A stretch of 64,000 nt of DNA from a virus. Below, piece by piece: positions 36,267 through 48,000 of the stretch (positions are counted from its first letter, which is position 1; each line of letters begins with the position of its first letter). The stretch lies in the IMG/VR virus record IMGVR_UViG_3300030104_005963, one strand, 5' to 3'. Under the pieces are notes generated by a model that saw only the letters and a program-made list of their open reading frames with translations, ran no database searches and had not been told where the DNA came from. Position numbers and translations under genes: made by a program.

Positions 36267-39200
36267 ATGGCAAAGTATTTTAGTGGTGGTAAAGCCAGAA
36301 AACGTGAAAGGGAAAGAATAGATCCTGAAAGATATAGATATCTTAATTTAGCAAATGCCGAACCAGATCTTGGTGATCCTCTAGTTGGACCATCATCTGA
36401 AGGTGTAAACCCCATAGTTTCCGGCGACCAATATATGATTGTTGCCGTTGAAGGGTATCCTGGACAAAGATTTTGGATCCCAAATCAAGGTGGATTAATA
36501 CCAGGATCTATTAGTGTTTTTGATGAAACTGTCTTAGTTGGATCATTAAGTAGTATTACACAATTAGATTTTCGTGGTCAGGGTATTAAAGCCACCACTG
36601 CAACTGTAAAAACATCCACGATTACTTTAAATGGAAATGCTACTTTTAGTAAAAGCCAGTTAGTAACACAATCTGGTAATTCAGGAGTTAGTGGTATCGT
36701 AAAATTTGGAACCACAAATGCCGGTATTGTAACTCTTACAAATGTTAGTGGATCTTTTGACTTTTCTGGAACTGCTGGTGCATTATTGCAAAATGGCAGT
36801 AGTACTGGAAGAACTCCAACATCAGTTTCAATTTTTAATGATCCCAGTATTAGAGCAGAGATAGAAGTAACACCAGAGTTTTTCTCTGAAAATAGACAAT
36901 TTATTTTTAATGATAATGATGAGTTTAATGGAGCATTAAATCTAACATATAATCAATTAAATGATTATGTCGGTGTTGGTACTACTGCTGCAACACAGAT
37001 GCTTCATGTTCAAGGTAATCTCAGATTAACCGGAACATTGTATGATGTTAATAATACACCTGGCACTGCTGGACAACTTTTACAAAAAGTAAGTTCTAGT
37101 GGAGATGGTGGAATACAATGGGTTGATGAAGGAAGTATAGAACCAGATGCCGGTGGAATTCGTGGTAGTGTGCAATATCACAATGCCGCCGGAAAAATAG
37201 GTGGAGCACCTAATTTTGTCTTTAATGATATAAATGGTGTCAATAATGTGGGTATTGGAAGTACTTTACCAAAAGTTGATTTGGATGTTGTTGGTGTTGC
37301 ATCAATAACTGGAAATTTAAAAGTAGGAACACTCAATGTTCAGGGCATTTCCACATATAGTGGTGATTTGGATATTAATGCAAGTGTCGATATTTTAAAT
37401 AATTTAAATGTAAATGGTAATTTAGATGTAGATGGAACCTCTACATTTAATGATCCGGTAGATATAACTGATGATACTGAATCTAATAATGCAACCACAG
37501 GTGCCTTAAAAGTTACTGGTGGTGTTGGTATTGCAAAAACTATTCACATTGGAGAATCATTAAATCTTTTAGATAATAAAAAAATAAATCTTGGTATTGC
37601 TAGTGATTTGCAAATATATCATAATGGAACAGATTCATATATTGATAATAACACCGGTCATTTATACATTAGAAACAATGTAGATGACGATGATGATGGA
37701 AATATCTACATTCAAGCAAAGTCTGGTGAAGATGGAATTGTTATTAATGATGATGGAAAGGTAGAACTTTATCTTAATGGAGTTAAAAAGTTAGAAACCA
37801 ATACTAGTGGAATTGAAGTATTTAATACTATAACGGCACAAACTTTTAATGTAGTTGATAGTGAAGTAACAGATATTATAGTTACTGGACTTGCCGATAT
37901 ATTCAGAGCAGATATTGAACAATTAACTGTCGTCAATGGTGTTGGTATAGCAACGATTAAAGAAATAGATGCCACTCATACCGATACCGATACTTTAAAT
38001 GTAGGAATTGCGGCGACCACTGCAAGATTGGTGGTTGATAATGTTGTTATTGATGGAAATGATATTTCTGCATCAACTGGTAATTTAGTATTAACTACAG
38101 CCGGTGTTAATAATGTTGTTGACATTAACAGACCTACTAGAATTTCAGATATCACCGAATTTTTGGGACCCGATGCGGCACTAATTGTTTCTGGTGGTGT
38201 TGATATCAATAAAAAATTGAATGTTGATGGGGACGTTGGTTTTACAACAAATACAGAATCTGTTAACACTTCTTCTGGAGCACTAGTTGTTAGTGGTGGT
38301 ATTGGAGTAAGTAAGAGTGTCAATATTGGACTTGGATTAACCGTATTTGGAGATGGAGTTGGTATCGATGTAAATCTTGCATCTAATGGAGGCATTACAA
38401 CAACTGGTGGTGATTTATATGTCGGTGGTGATTTATATGTTTTAGATGATATTTTTTATGATGAACTTAGTGGTAGAGATATGGTTATTACCGGTATCGC
38501 CACTATAAATCAATTAGAAGTTGGACAACCAAGTAATGATTTAGTTGGTATTACTGATATTCTTGATGAAGATGATATGGCATCAAACAGTGCAGTAGCA
38601 CTGGTTACACAACAGTCTATTAAAACATATGTTGATAATCAAGTAACTGCACAAGATTTAGATTTTCAAGGTGATACTGGAAGTGGTTCAGTTGATTTAG
38701 ATTCTCAAATATTTGATATTGAAGGAACTACAAATGAAATTGTAACTGTTGCATCAAATCAGAAGATTAAAATTGGTCTTCCAGATAATGTAACTATATC
38801 CGGCAATTTAAATGTAAACGGGAATACCATTCTTGGTGACGGCAATGCAACTACTGATGCTGTAACATTTAATTCTACAGTTAATAGTCATATTCTTCCT
38901 AGTGCTACTGAAACATATGATCTTGGTTCACCTAGTTTAAAATGGGATAACGTATATGCAAAAACTTTTTTAGGTCAATTTATTGGTAATGCTGATACTG
39001 CATCGAAATTAGAAACACCTATAACAATTACCTTAGGGGAACTTCCTGATTCCTATAGTGCAGGAGTCACTGATGATATTATCTCTATTGGAAAAACATT
39101 TGATGGACAACAAAATGTAGGATTTGCACTCTCACTGACAAATACTGGTGTTTCTTCTGACATTTATGGTGATAGTTTATCTGTCGCACAATTTAGAGTT

Positions 39201-41243
39201 GATGCCAGAGGAAGAATAAGTGAGGCATCTACTATTGCAATTAATCAGGCAGGACTTACTGCCGGACAGGCGGATAAAATAAAAGTAAATCAAGAGGATA
39301 CTGATACAACATGTTTTATAACATTTGTTGGAGAAGATCCAAGTGGAACGTATCAAACTCTCCTTGGTGATGATGCATTAAAATATAATTCTAGTGCAGA
39401 TTTAGTGACCATGGGTAACCTTTCTGTTACCACAAATGTAACTATTGGTGGAACACTAAATGCAAATGGTAATGTAAATCTTGGAAATGCCGCTACTGAT
39501 GAATTAAGTATTAATGCTGATATTATTACTCATGTTCTACCAAAGCATGATTCTACCGGCATTACTGATACTAGTGGAAAAGATATTGGAGCAGCAGGTT
39601 CTAGATGGAGGAAAATGTATGCTAATGAATTTGTAGGTGCTGTTTCAGGCACTGCAGATTCTGCAAATACAATTTTGGTAGGATCAAGAGATACAAATGG
39701 ATCTCATTATCTGACATTTGTTGACTCTAATAATTCAACTGCAGGTTTTGAGAGTCTTTATACTGATGCTGGAATATATTATAATCCATCTACAAATGCA
39801 CTTAATATTTCTGGACCAACAACCATTGGAGGTTTATTAAATGTAAACGGGAATACTATTCTTGGAGATGTCGATGCACCTATTGATGATACTGTAACAT
39901 TTAATTCCACAGTTAATAGTCATATTATTCCTAATGCTGATAGTACATATGACCTTGGTACAACTAATATTAGATGGTCAACAGTATTTGCAGATACATT
40001 TAATGGACAATTTGCTGGTACTGCTGATCGTGCAACACTTGCTGTTAATCTTGTTGGTGGCGGTGCAGGAAGTATACCATATCAATCAGCAACAGATACA
40101 ACAACATTTGTAGTTGATCCCAATACAGCTGATAAATTCCTCACGTATAATAATGATGATGATGAACCTCAATGGGCTACTGTTCAGGCAGATCAAATTT
40201 CTGGTCTAACAGATGCTATTCAAGATACTAATCTTGTAGGTGCTCAAGGTTCAGTAGGTGCTCAAGGTGCTCAAGGTTCTCAAGGTTTTCAAGGTCAAAC
40301 TGGTAATCCAGGTGCTCAAGGTTCAGTAGGTGCTCAAGGTTTTCAAGGTCAAACTGGTAATCCAGGTGCTCAAGGTTCGAGAGGATTCCAAGGTGATAAA
40401 GGAGATGTTGGTGCTCAAGGTTCAGTAGGTTCTCAAGGTTCAGTAGGTGCTCAAGGTTCAGTAGGTTCTCAAGGTTCAGTAGGTGCTCAAGGTTCAGTAG
40501 GTGCTCAAGGTTCGAGAGGATTCCAAGGATTCCAAGGTGATAAAGGAGATGTTGGTGCTCAAGGTTCTCAAGGTTCTCAAGGTTTTCAAGGTCAAACTGG
40601 TGATCCAGGTAATCCAGGTGTTCAAGGTTCTCAAGGTTTTCAAGGTCAAACAGGAGATCCGACAGGAGCTGTTACATTAGGGACCGCTCCATATTTTAGT
40701 TATATTGAATTAAGAAGAGATGGTGGTGATAATTATGGTGGATTTATTGATTTTGTGAAAGACAGTAGTCCAGCTAATAATAATGTCAATTCTCCAAATT
40801 ATCATGCAAGAATGGTTTTATATACTACCAATAATTCTCAAACTGTTGGTGCAGCTGCTGGTAATGCAAACACTAACGAAGTTCAACTATGGAATTCTAA
40901 ATTTGCTGTTCATGGTAATATTACTGCATTTACCTCCGATATTAGACTGAAGAAAGATATCGAACCAATTAAAAATGCTCTTGAAAAAGTTCAATCAATT
41001 CGTGGATTTACATATTCTCATAATGAAATTGCCAAACAATTAGGATTTGGAGAGGAGAGAAGATGGTCTGGTGTATCCGCACAGGAAATTGAAAAGGTAT
41101 TACCAGAGGCAGTGTTCCCGGCTCCTGTCGATGATAAGTATCTGACGGTACAATATGAAAAAATTGTTCCTCTTCTCATTGAGGCAGTTAAAGAACTCAA
41201 GGAAGAGGTCAATGACCTGAGGTCTCAGATCCAAGGGGGTTGA
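36267..41243 (+). CDS. Long tail fibre with collagen-like segment and C-terminal intramolecular chaperone (peptidase S74)
   Basis: 1658 aa with 47 Gly-X-Y triplets; TSDIRLKKDI...GVSAQE...YEKIVPLLIEAVKEL at the C-terminus. Confidence 0.88.
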   Translation: MAKYFSGGKARKRERERIDPERYRYLNLANAEPDLGDPLVGPSSEGVNPIVSGDQYMIVAVEGYPGQRFWIPNQGGLIPGSISVFDETVLVGSLSSITQLDFRGQGIKATTATVKTSTITLNGNATFSKSQLVTQSGNSGVSGIVKFGTTNAGIVTLTNVSGSFDFSGTAGALLQNGSSTGRTPTSVSIFNDPSIRAEIEVTPEFFSENRQFIFNDNDEFNGALNLTYNQLNDYVGVGTTAATQMLHVQGNLRLTGTLYDVNNTPGTAGQLLQKVSSSGDGGIQWVDEGSIEPDAGGIRGSVQYHNAAGKIGGAPNFVFNDINGVNNVGIGSTLPKVDLDVVGVASITGNLKVGTLNVQGISTYSGDLDINASVDILNNLNVNGNLDVDGTSTFNDPVDITDDTESNNATTGALKVTGGVGIAKTIHIGESLNLLDNKKINLGIASDLQIYHNGTDSYIDNNTGHLYIRNNVDDDDDGNIYIQAKSGEDGIVINDDGKVELYLNGVKKLETNTSGIEVFNTITAQTFNVVDSEVTDIIVTGLADIFRADIEQLTVVNGVGIATIKEIDATHTDTDTLNVGIAATTARLVVDNVVIDGNDISASTGNLVLTTAGVNNVVDINRPTRISDITEFLGPDAALIVSGGVDINKKLNVDGDVGFTTNTESVNTSSGALVVSGGIGVSKSVNIGLGLTVFGDGVGIDVNLASNGGITTTGGDLYVGGDLYVLDDIFYDELSGRDMVITGIATINQLEVGQPSNDLVGITDILDEDDMASNSAVALVTQQSIKTYVDNQVTAQDLDFQGDTGSGSVDLDSQIFDIEGTTNEIVTVASNQKIKIGLPDNVTISGNLNVNGNTILGDGNATTDAVTFNSTVNSHILPSATETYDLGSPSLKWDNVYAKTFLGQFIGNADTASKLETPITITLGELPDSYSAGVTDDIISIGKTFDGQQNVGFALSLTNTGVSSDIYGDSLSVAQFRVDARGRISEASTIAINQAGLTAGQADKIKVNQEDTDTTCFITFVGEDPSGTYQTLLGDDALKYNSSADLVTMGNLSVTTNVTIGGTLNANGNVNLGNAATDELSINADIITHVLPKHDSTGITDTSGKDIGAAGSRWRKMYANEFVGAVSGTADSANTILVGSRDTNGSHYLTFVDSNNSTAGFESLYTDAGIYYNPSTNALNISGPTTIGGLLNVNGNTILGDVDAPIDDTVTFNSTVNSHIIPNADSTYDLGTTNIRWSTVFADTFNGQFAGTADRATLAVNLVGGGAGSIPYQSATDTTTFVVDPNTADKFLTYNNDDDEPQWATVQADQISGLTDAIQDTNLVGAQGSVGAQGAQGSQGFQGQTGNPGAQGSVGAQGFQGQTGNPGAQGSRGFQGDKGDVGAQGSVGSQGSVGAQGSVGSQGSVGAQGSVGAQGSRGFQGFQGDKGDVGAQGSQGSQGFQGQTGDPGNPGVQGSQGFQGQTGDPTGAVTLGTAPYFSYIELRRDGGDNYGGFIDFVKDSSPANNNVNSPNYHARMVLYTTNNSQTVGAAAGNANTNEVQLWNSKFAVHGNITAFTSDIRLKKDIEPIKNALEKVQSIRGFTYSHNEIAKQLGFGEERRWSGVSAQEIEKVLPEAVFPAPVDDKYLTVQYEKIVPLLIEAVKELKEEVNDLRSQIQGG
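40239..40661 (+). repeat. Collagen-like Gly-X-Y repeat
   Basis: 47 uninterrupted triplets (GAQ, GSV, GFQ, GSQ, GQT, GNP...) built from ggtgctcaa/ggttca DNA units. Confidence 0.95.
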
Positions 41244-41268
41244 CAACCATGCCCAGATGCCCTATAAT
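41240..41268 (+). promoter_or_regulatory. Sigma70-type promoter
   Basis: TTGACA (41240)-17 nt-TATAAT (41263), with the GATGCCCTATAATAC context also seen in the early region. Confidence 0.85.
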
Positions 41269-41297
41269 ACGTGGGTAGTCAAGGGAACACCCCTCAC

Positions 41298-41498
41298 ATG
41301 AACAGCACCGAAGAGTATCTGGAAAAGGTCGTCATCGACATCTGCACCAAGACCTTCACCCTCTATAGTGATGGAGGCAACACTCGCACTATTGATTGTG
41401 AAAACTCCGATCAATTCATGAGTATTTTTCTCCTTATCAGAGACAAACTAGAAGAAGAACAAATCGAATATAATGGTGTTTCAGTTTGTGAGGAGTAA
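41298..41498 (+). CDS. Hypothetical protein
   Basis: The likely start is ATG 41298 after an AAGGGA Shine-Dalgarno; the track start at 41271 lies at the predicted transcription start. Confidence 0.65.
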   Translation: MNSTEEYLEKVVIDICTKTFTLYSDGGNTRTIDCENSDQFMSIFLLIRDKLEEEQIEYNGVSVCEE

Positions 41499-41501
41499 TT
41501 T

Positions 41502-41699
41502 ATGGAACAACTAAATAATCCAACTATTAAATTTTATTCCGTGGATTATTGGGAAAAAAATTGGGAAGACTTGATAGAAAAAGTTGAAAATGGAGAACAC
41601 ATAGGAATAGAGAACGAGAATGGAAATAAAGCAATAATGATACCTGCAGATGATGAACTTATACGAATATACACGGAGTTAAACAACGACGCACAGTAG
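41502..41699 (+). CDS. Hypothetical protein (weak Phd/YefM-like pattern)
   Basis: 65 aa, NWEDLIEKVENGEHIGIENENGNKAIMIP; GAGGAG Shine-Dalgarno. Confidence 0.6.
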   Translation: MEQLNNPTIKFYSVDYWEKNWEDLIEKVENGEHIGIENENGNKAIMIPADDELIRIYTELNNDAQ

Positions 41700-41709
41700 T
41701 TCATCATCA

Positions 41710-41797
41710 GCTCGTGAGACTTGGTAGTCAGAGAGGTTTTATAAACCTTTTCCGCCAGATTAGCGGCTTTGAGGTGGTTCGAATCCACCCACGAGTA
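41710..41797 (+). tRNA. tRNA with TAT anticodon (nominal Ile), atypical
   Basis: Acceptor GCTCGTG/CACGAGT, anticodon arm GAGGT-TTTATAA-ACCTT, T arm GGTGG-TTCGAAT-CCACC; long variable arm and short D arm. Confidence 0.75.
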
Positions 41798-41800
41798 TTT

Positions 41801-41873
41801 GCTTCCTTAGCAATCTGGTGAATGCAGCAAACTCATAATTTGCCTAAGGAGAGTTCGATCCTCTCAGGAAGCA
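41801..41873 (+). tRNA. tRNA-CAT (elongator Met or Ile2)
   Basis: GCTTCCT/AGGAAGC, GCAAA-CTCATAA-TTTGC and GAGAG-TTCGATC-CTCTC. The G1-C72 pair indicates it is not an initiator. Confidence 0.92.
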
Positions 41874-41879
41874 CCTAAC

Positions 41880-41964
41880 GGGACGGTGGCGGAATTGGTA
41901 GACGCACCAGACTTAAAATCTGTTGATCATTAAGATCGTGAGGGTTCAATTCCCTCTCGTCCTA
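41880..41964 (+). tRNA. tRNA-Leu(TAA)
   Basis: GGGACGG/TCGTCCT, D loop AATTGGTAGA, CCAGA-CTTAAAA-TCTGT, variable arm and GAGGG-TTCAATT-CCCTC. Confidence 0.93.
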
Positions 41965-42015
41965 CTTTAAACCTAACTAAATAAAATATAGAAATAGTAT
42001 AGAAGCAGTAATACA

Positions 42016-45000
42016 ATGCCTCTGAATAAATTAGAGAACTTTCTGAAGAATGTAGAAGGTCGTATTCTATATGTTAGTCCGGCAGATCTTGACTCTACTG
42101 ACAGCATATTAAATCAAGGTAATTCTCAAACCAAACCATTTAAAACTCTGCAGAGAGCATTAATTGAAGCTGCGAGATTCTCTTATAATGTAGGAAGAAA
42201 TAACGATAGTACAGAAAAGACCACCATTCTTCTCATGCCAGGTGAGCATGAAGTTGATAATCGTCCAGGACACACAATAAGAGATGCTGGTAGTGAAGGA
42301 CTTCAATTAAAAAAATCTGATGGAACTACTGTATCAAATGAAAGTATAAGTCTTAAATTAGAAACAAATTTTGATATAAATCAGGAAGATAATATTCTTT
42401 ATAAGTTCAATAGTGTACATGGTGGAGTCATTGTACCTAGAGGAACTTCTATTGTTGGTCTTGATTTAAGAAAAACAAAGATAAGACCAAAATATGTTCC
42501 AAACCCAACTGATGATACCGTACCATACTCTGCCGTTTTTAGAGTAACCGGTGCATGTTATTTTTGGCAGTTCAGTATTTTTGATGGAAATGAATTAGGA
42601 AAAGTATATACAGATCATAAAGTTTTTAATAATACATTAAATCAAGTACAACCAACTTTTTCTCACCATAAACTTACTTGTTTTGAATATGCTGATGGTG
42701 TAAATGATGTGCAAGATACTGGTCTTACAGACCTTGATATGTACTATTATAAACTATCTCGTGCATATAATACTGCATCTAATAGAAATATTGAAGAGAA
42801 GTTTTTGGTTGATGGTAGTGGAACAGGACTAGATGGTTTTGCAAAACAAAGACCAGAATGGGAGATTGTTGGTGCATTTGCAAATGATCCTGTTACAGTT
42901 ACAAAAATACAGTCTGGTTCTCTTCCAGGTGTTCCTACAAATCAGATAACAGTTACCACACAGGGAGCACATAATTTTTCTGTAGGAACTCCAATTAAAA
43001 TTAAAGGAGTAAGTAGACCTGAATATAATATTTCAACAAAGGTAGCAACAACTGATCCAGTTTTTGATAATAAATTTACATATACACTACCAGATTTTCC
43101 TATAGATCTTGACCCTGAACCTGAAGTTGATGGTGCCCTTATAACTATTGAGACCGATACAGTATCTGGTGCATCACCATATATCTTCAATATCTCTCTA
43201 CGTTCCGTATGGGGTATGAATGGGATGTGTGCGGATGGTTCCAAAGCATCAGGTTTCCGTTCAATGGTTGTGGCTCAATTTACTGGAGTGAGTCTGCAGA
43301 AAGATGATAGAGCATTTGTAAAATATGATCCTAGTAGCAGAGTATATCGAGGTCTTACCATTGACCCAGTAAAAGGAACTAAACTTGCTTTAGAATCTTC
43401 ATCTATTAGTGGCGCCACAGTTTATCATTTAGACTCTGAGGCAATTTATAGAAAAGATTGGCAGACAACTCATGTTAAGATAACAAATGATGCAGTCTTA
43501 CAGATTGTTTCTGTATTTGCCATTGGTTATGCGAAACATTTTGAGGCACAAAGTGGTGGTGATGCATCAATCACCAACTCAAACTCTAACTTTGGTCAAC
43601 TAGCTCTCGTTGCCGATGGATTTAAAAAAGATGCATTTAAGAAAGATGATAATGCATTTATAACACATGTTATCACACCAAAAGCAATTGTTTCTAAAGA
43701 AGAAGATATTGAATGGGTACAAATTAGTGCAAAAATTATTACAGGTGAAACTGATAGATTATATCTATTCGGATATTCTGAAAATGCAAGTGATACTAAT
43801 GATAAACCACACTCTAAAGATATTAAACCACCTTTCCTTACACAAGGATTCCGAATTGGTGCGAGAGTAGGTGAAAAGTTATATGCAAATATTGAGGGAT
43901 ATCCTGGTAGTGGACCTGATGGTACGTCTGTAGCAGACATTTTAATGCATGAACAGGGATCATCAATTGCGACTACTAGTGCCAGAAGAACTGTTTATAT
44001 AAATGCCGCTCTGGGATCTGAGGGTACATTTAGAACTTCAAATGCCCAGGGAACGACGATACCACATGATTTTGCTACAGGAGAAAAAATTATTGTTATT
44101 GCTGAAGATGGTGATTTACCAGAAAATATTCTGGAACATAAAGTTTATTTTGCTATAACTCAAAGTGCCGATGGCAATTTAACAAATTCAAGACTACGGT
44201 TAGCATTATCATTTTCCGATGCCGAAAATAATGTTGCAATAAAAAATACTTTTATTAATATTCCCGATACAAATAACCCAAGACTTAAAATAACAACCAG
44301 AGTAACCGACAAGGAAGCAGGAGATGTAGGACATCCAATTCAGTATGATACAACTGAAGGATGGTATATTACCACTAATCGTAATTCAGAAATTAGACAA
44401 AAAATTATTGAACAACTACAGGCTGCTGCTCTCGATCCTGATTTAGAACCACTTAAAAGAACTGATATATCTTTCTTCTTTAGAATTCCCGATACTAGAA
44501 GTCTAGATGATAAAATATTTAAAACAAGAGTATCAATTCCAAAAGAAGTACAAAATGGAAAAAATATTCAAAATGGATTTGTTCTTCAAGAATCTTCTTC
44601 AACTAATGTAAGAACAGTAAATGATTTAAAACTTAGTGGTAATTTGACAGCATCTGATTTTGCATATCAAAGAAACCAGAGATTTATTAGTAGTTGTCAA
44701 TTTACTGCTGGATCAGGTTCAACTCCAGGCACAGTTACGGTAGAAACAGAACGCCCACATAATCTTCAAAATGGTGATTTAGTTAAAATTGATGGAATTA
44801 GAAATAGTGATAATACTGATGGTGTTTCTGGAAGAGGATATAATATAGAGACAAAGGTTGATGTTGTTGACAACATGACATTCAAATATGATGCACCAAT
44901 TACTTTAAGCACTCAACCGACAACCAATTTCCGTATTGATAAATCTCCAGAAATAGGAGGAGTTAGTATTGCATCTTCCTTACCAAGATTCACTAGAAAA

Positions 45001-48000
45001 GATTTACAATCAAATTTATATTTTTATAGAAATGATGTTGTAACAGAATATGATGAGGGAGTAGAGACCGGTGTATATCATGGATATCAATTATTTGCCG
45101 ATTTAAAAGTTCCAACTGAATTTGATGAAAATGAATATGGACAGACAGTTGTTGATTTATATCCACAATTAGATCGTGATAATCATAATGATACACCTCG
45201 TGCCGCAAAATCATTTGCCCTTAGAGCTCCTCTCGGAAAGGTTGTCACTAATGATCTTCTGAATAGTATTACTAGAGAATCAATTGATAAATTACTTGTT
45301 AAATTTGGATCTGGAATGGATATATCATCATTCGTAGATAGTAGTAATACTGGTCTCATTCAATTAGAAAGAGATCATAATATTCGTGGTATTGCCTCAG
45401 CAGTATTAGAGAATGGTAGTAATTCTGGAATGACCGATGGTACATATGAAAATGTAAAAATATTTAATGGTTCAGTTGCTGGAGGTAATTGGAGCGGAGC
45501 TTTAGGAAAGGTCACTATCAATGGTGGAGCAATACAAGCTGGATATGAAATTACAAATCCAGGTTCAGGATTTTCTCCATCTGGAACCGAATTTGGACAC
45601 TGGGATAATACTGTTATTGGTGGTTCTGATGGTGCTGCCAGATTAGGTAGTGCTAGTGGTGTAGCACTTAAAAATGATAATTTAACATCTTCACACGAAA
45701 ATCTTGTCATACAAATTACAGGTTCTGGTATTAGAGAGGATGCATATTTTAGAACCAAATCTATTCCAACATCAAATAGAATTGAAATATACAAAACTAC
45801 AAATGATCCTATTATTAGTTCTGATCAATATGTCTTTATTGTCGGGAGTGCTTCCAATATAAGCACAATTAGTGATTCAAATGGAACAGTAACTGTCACC
45901 ACTACAAGACCTCATGGTCTAGAAAAAGGAAATAGATTCCAATTAAATGATAGTAATAACAATAATTTAGGAGCATTTATTGTATTTGATAAAAAAAATC
46001 CAACTGAGTTTGTATTTAATAGAGGTGATACAAATATCAGTGCAACTTCTGGTTGGATTTTAAAACATGGATTGTCCGCAAATGATGGATTCACCGGAAA
46101 AGGTGGAGAAAATCTAAGTGTAAGAGGAACTCCACTTTATGGTCTTGAAGATGGGATACTTACTGGTGGTATGAGTGCCGAAGGAACTACAATATCATTT
46201 GATCTTTTTGATATACCTAATATAGGTATTCAGAAGGGTGCCGGAGTAAGATTCCCACAAGGCAGTTACATTCAAATTGATGATGAAATTTTAAGAATTG
46301 CATCATTTACGGATAGTAGAACAGATGGTTCATTACCTGGTACTACTGTTATTCGTGGTGTATTTGGAACTCGGGCGTCAGCACATGTCAGTGGTTCTTT
46401 AGTGATAAAATTGAGTCCTATTCCATTGGAACTGCACAGATATTCAATTCTTCGTGCCTCTGGACATACATTTGAATATCTTGGATATGGTCCTGGTAAT
46501 TATTCTACCGCACTTCCACAAGTTCAAGTCAAAACACTTACAGAAAAAGAAGAATTCTTATCACAGGCACAAGAAAAAGCAGCAGGATCTGTTGTTTATA
46601 CCGGTATGAATGATAAGGGTGATTTCTTTATTGGCAATTCAAAAAAATCTGCACTGACTGGTGAAGAAATCACATTTGATAATCCTGTTCCGACTGTTGC
46701 CGGTGAAGATCCTTCGAGATTAAGTGTGGTATTTGATGAGGTTACAATTAAAGAACGACTTGTCGTCGAAGGTGGTAGAAACAATAATATTCTTTCACAG
46801 TTTGATGGACCAACCAACTTTAATGAAAATGTTAGATTTGGTAGAGATTCAAAAGTAACCATAAAGAATGATACATTAGCAGCTGACGGTGGAGCACTTT
46901 CTGTTGATGGTGGTGTTGTTGTCGATGAAGATTTAGATATTGGTGGAAACATCAAAACTAATGATCTTACCGTAACTGGTAACACCAAGCTTGGTAATTC
47001 ATTACTTAATGATGAGATAGAATTAAAAGCAGCATTTACTTCATCATTAATTCCTAAAACTGAAAGTACTTATAATATTGGAACTAGTGATTATACATGG
47101 AATAATCTTTATGCTGGTGGAACTGGTTTTATTAATAAAATTCGTATTCTAGATTCTGAAGATAATACTCTTGGCGGTAAAAATAGTGGTTCTGCTCAAT
47201 TTGATGGTGGAGTAGGTATTGAAAAATCTCTCACTGCTGGTGGTCAAATTCAAGCAAATACAGGATTCAGACTTCCATATACTATGACTCTTGCATGGAA
47301 AGACGATAGTCTACAAATATATCATGAAAATGATGGTGAAAATGCAATCATTAAGTATGATGGAACGGCAGAGAATAAGGGAATGTTCCTTTTTGGTCAA
47401 AATACTGTTCTCACAAATAGAGATAATACTGAAGCATTTATTGAATGTTATGGTAATGTTTCTAATAATGTAAGTAATATATCTGAAACACATGTCAGAC
47501 TATGTGCAGGTGGGAATGTAAAACTGAATACAAAGAGTGCTGGTGTTGATATCAATGGACAACTTGATGTAACTGGAAATGCAAGTTTTGCTAACAATAC
47601 TGTAACAATTGGAAGTAATACAGTTACGGCAGAAACATTTGCAGGAACTGCCGCGGTGGCACAGAAAGTTAAAATGAGAGGTGCAATTCAAGATGCCAAT
47701 GGTGGAGATGATGGAAAATCTAGTGATATTTTTACAGTTTTATTAGGACCGACTTCAAGCACTAATACTGGCAAAGGTGAGCAACAGGTTTATAGAACAA
47801 GACATCTATATTTTAATATTGCTGAAAGTGACGGAGCTAACTCTGCTGATCGAGCACTTCTCGTAAATGGTGATATTATCGCATTTGCTGGCAAAAGTCT
47901 TTCTGCATCTGACGATAAATTAAAAACTGATAGATCTCCGATCAGTGATGCACTTAATAAAGTCAATTCTATAAACGGATTTACTTATAACTGGAATGAT

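Noticed and set aside
40239-40661. Possible CRISPR-like array
   Set aside because: The repeats are in-frame Gly-X-Y codons without unique spacers.
41502-41699. Toxin-antitoxin system
   Set aside because: The Phd-like resemblance is weak and no adjacent toxin is recognisable.
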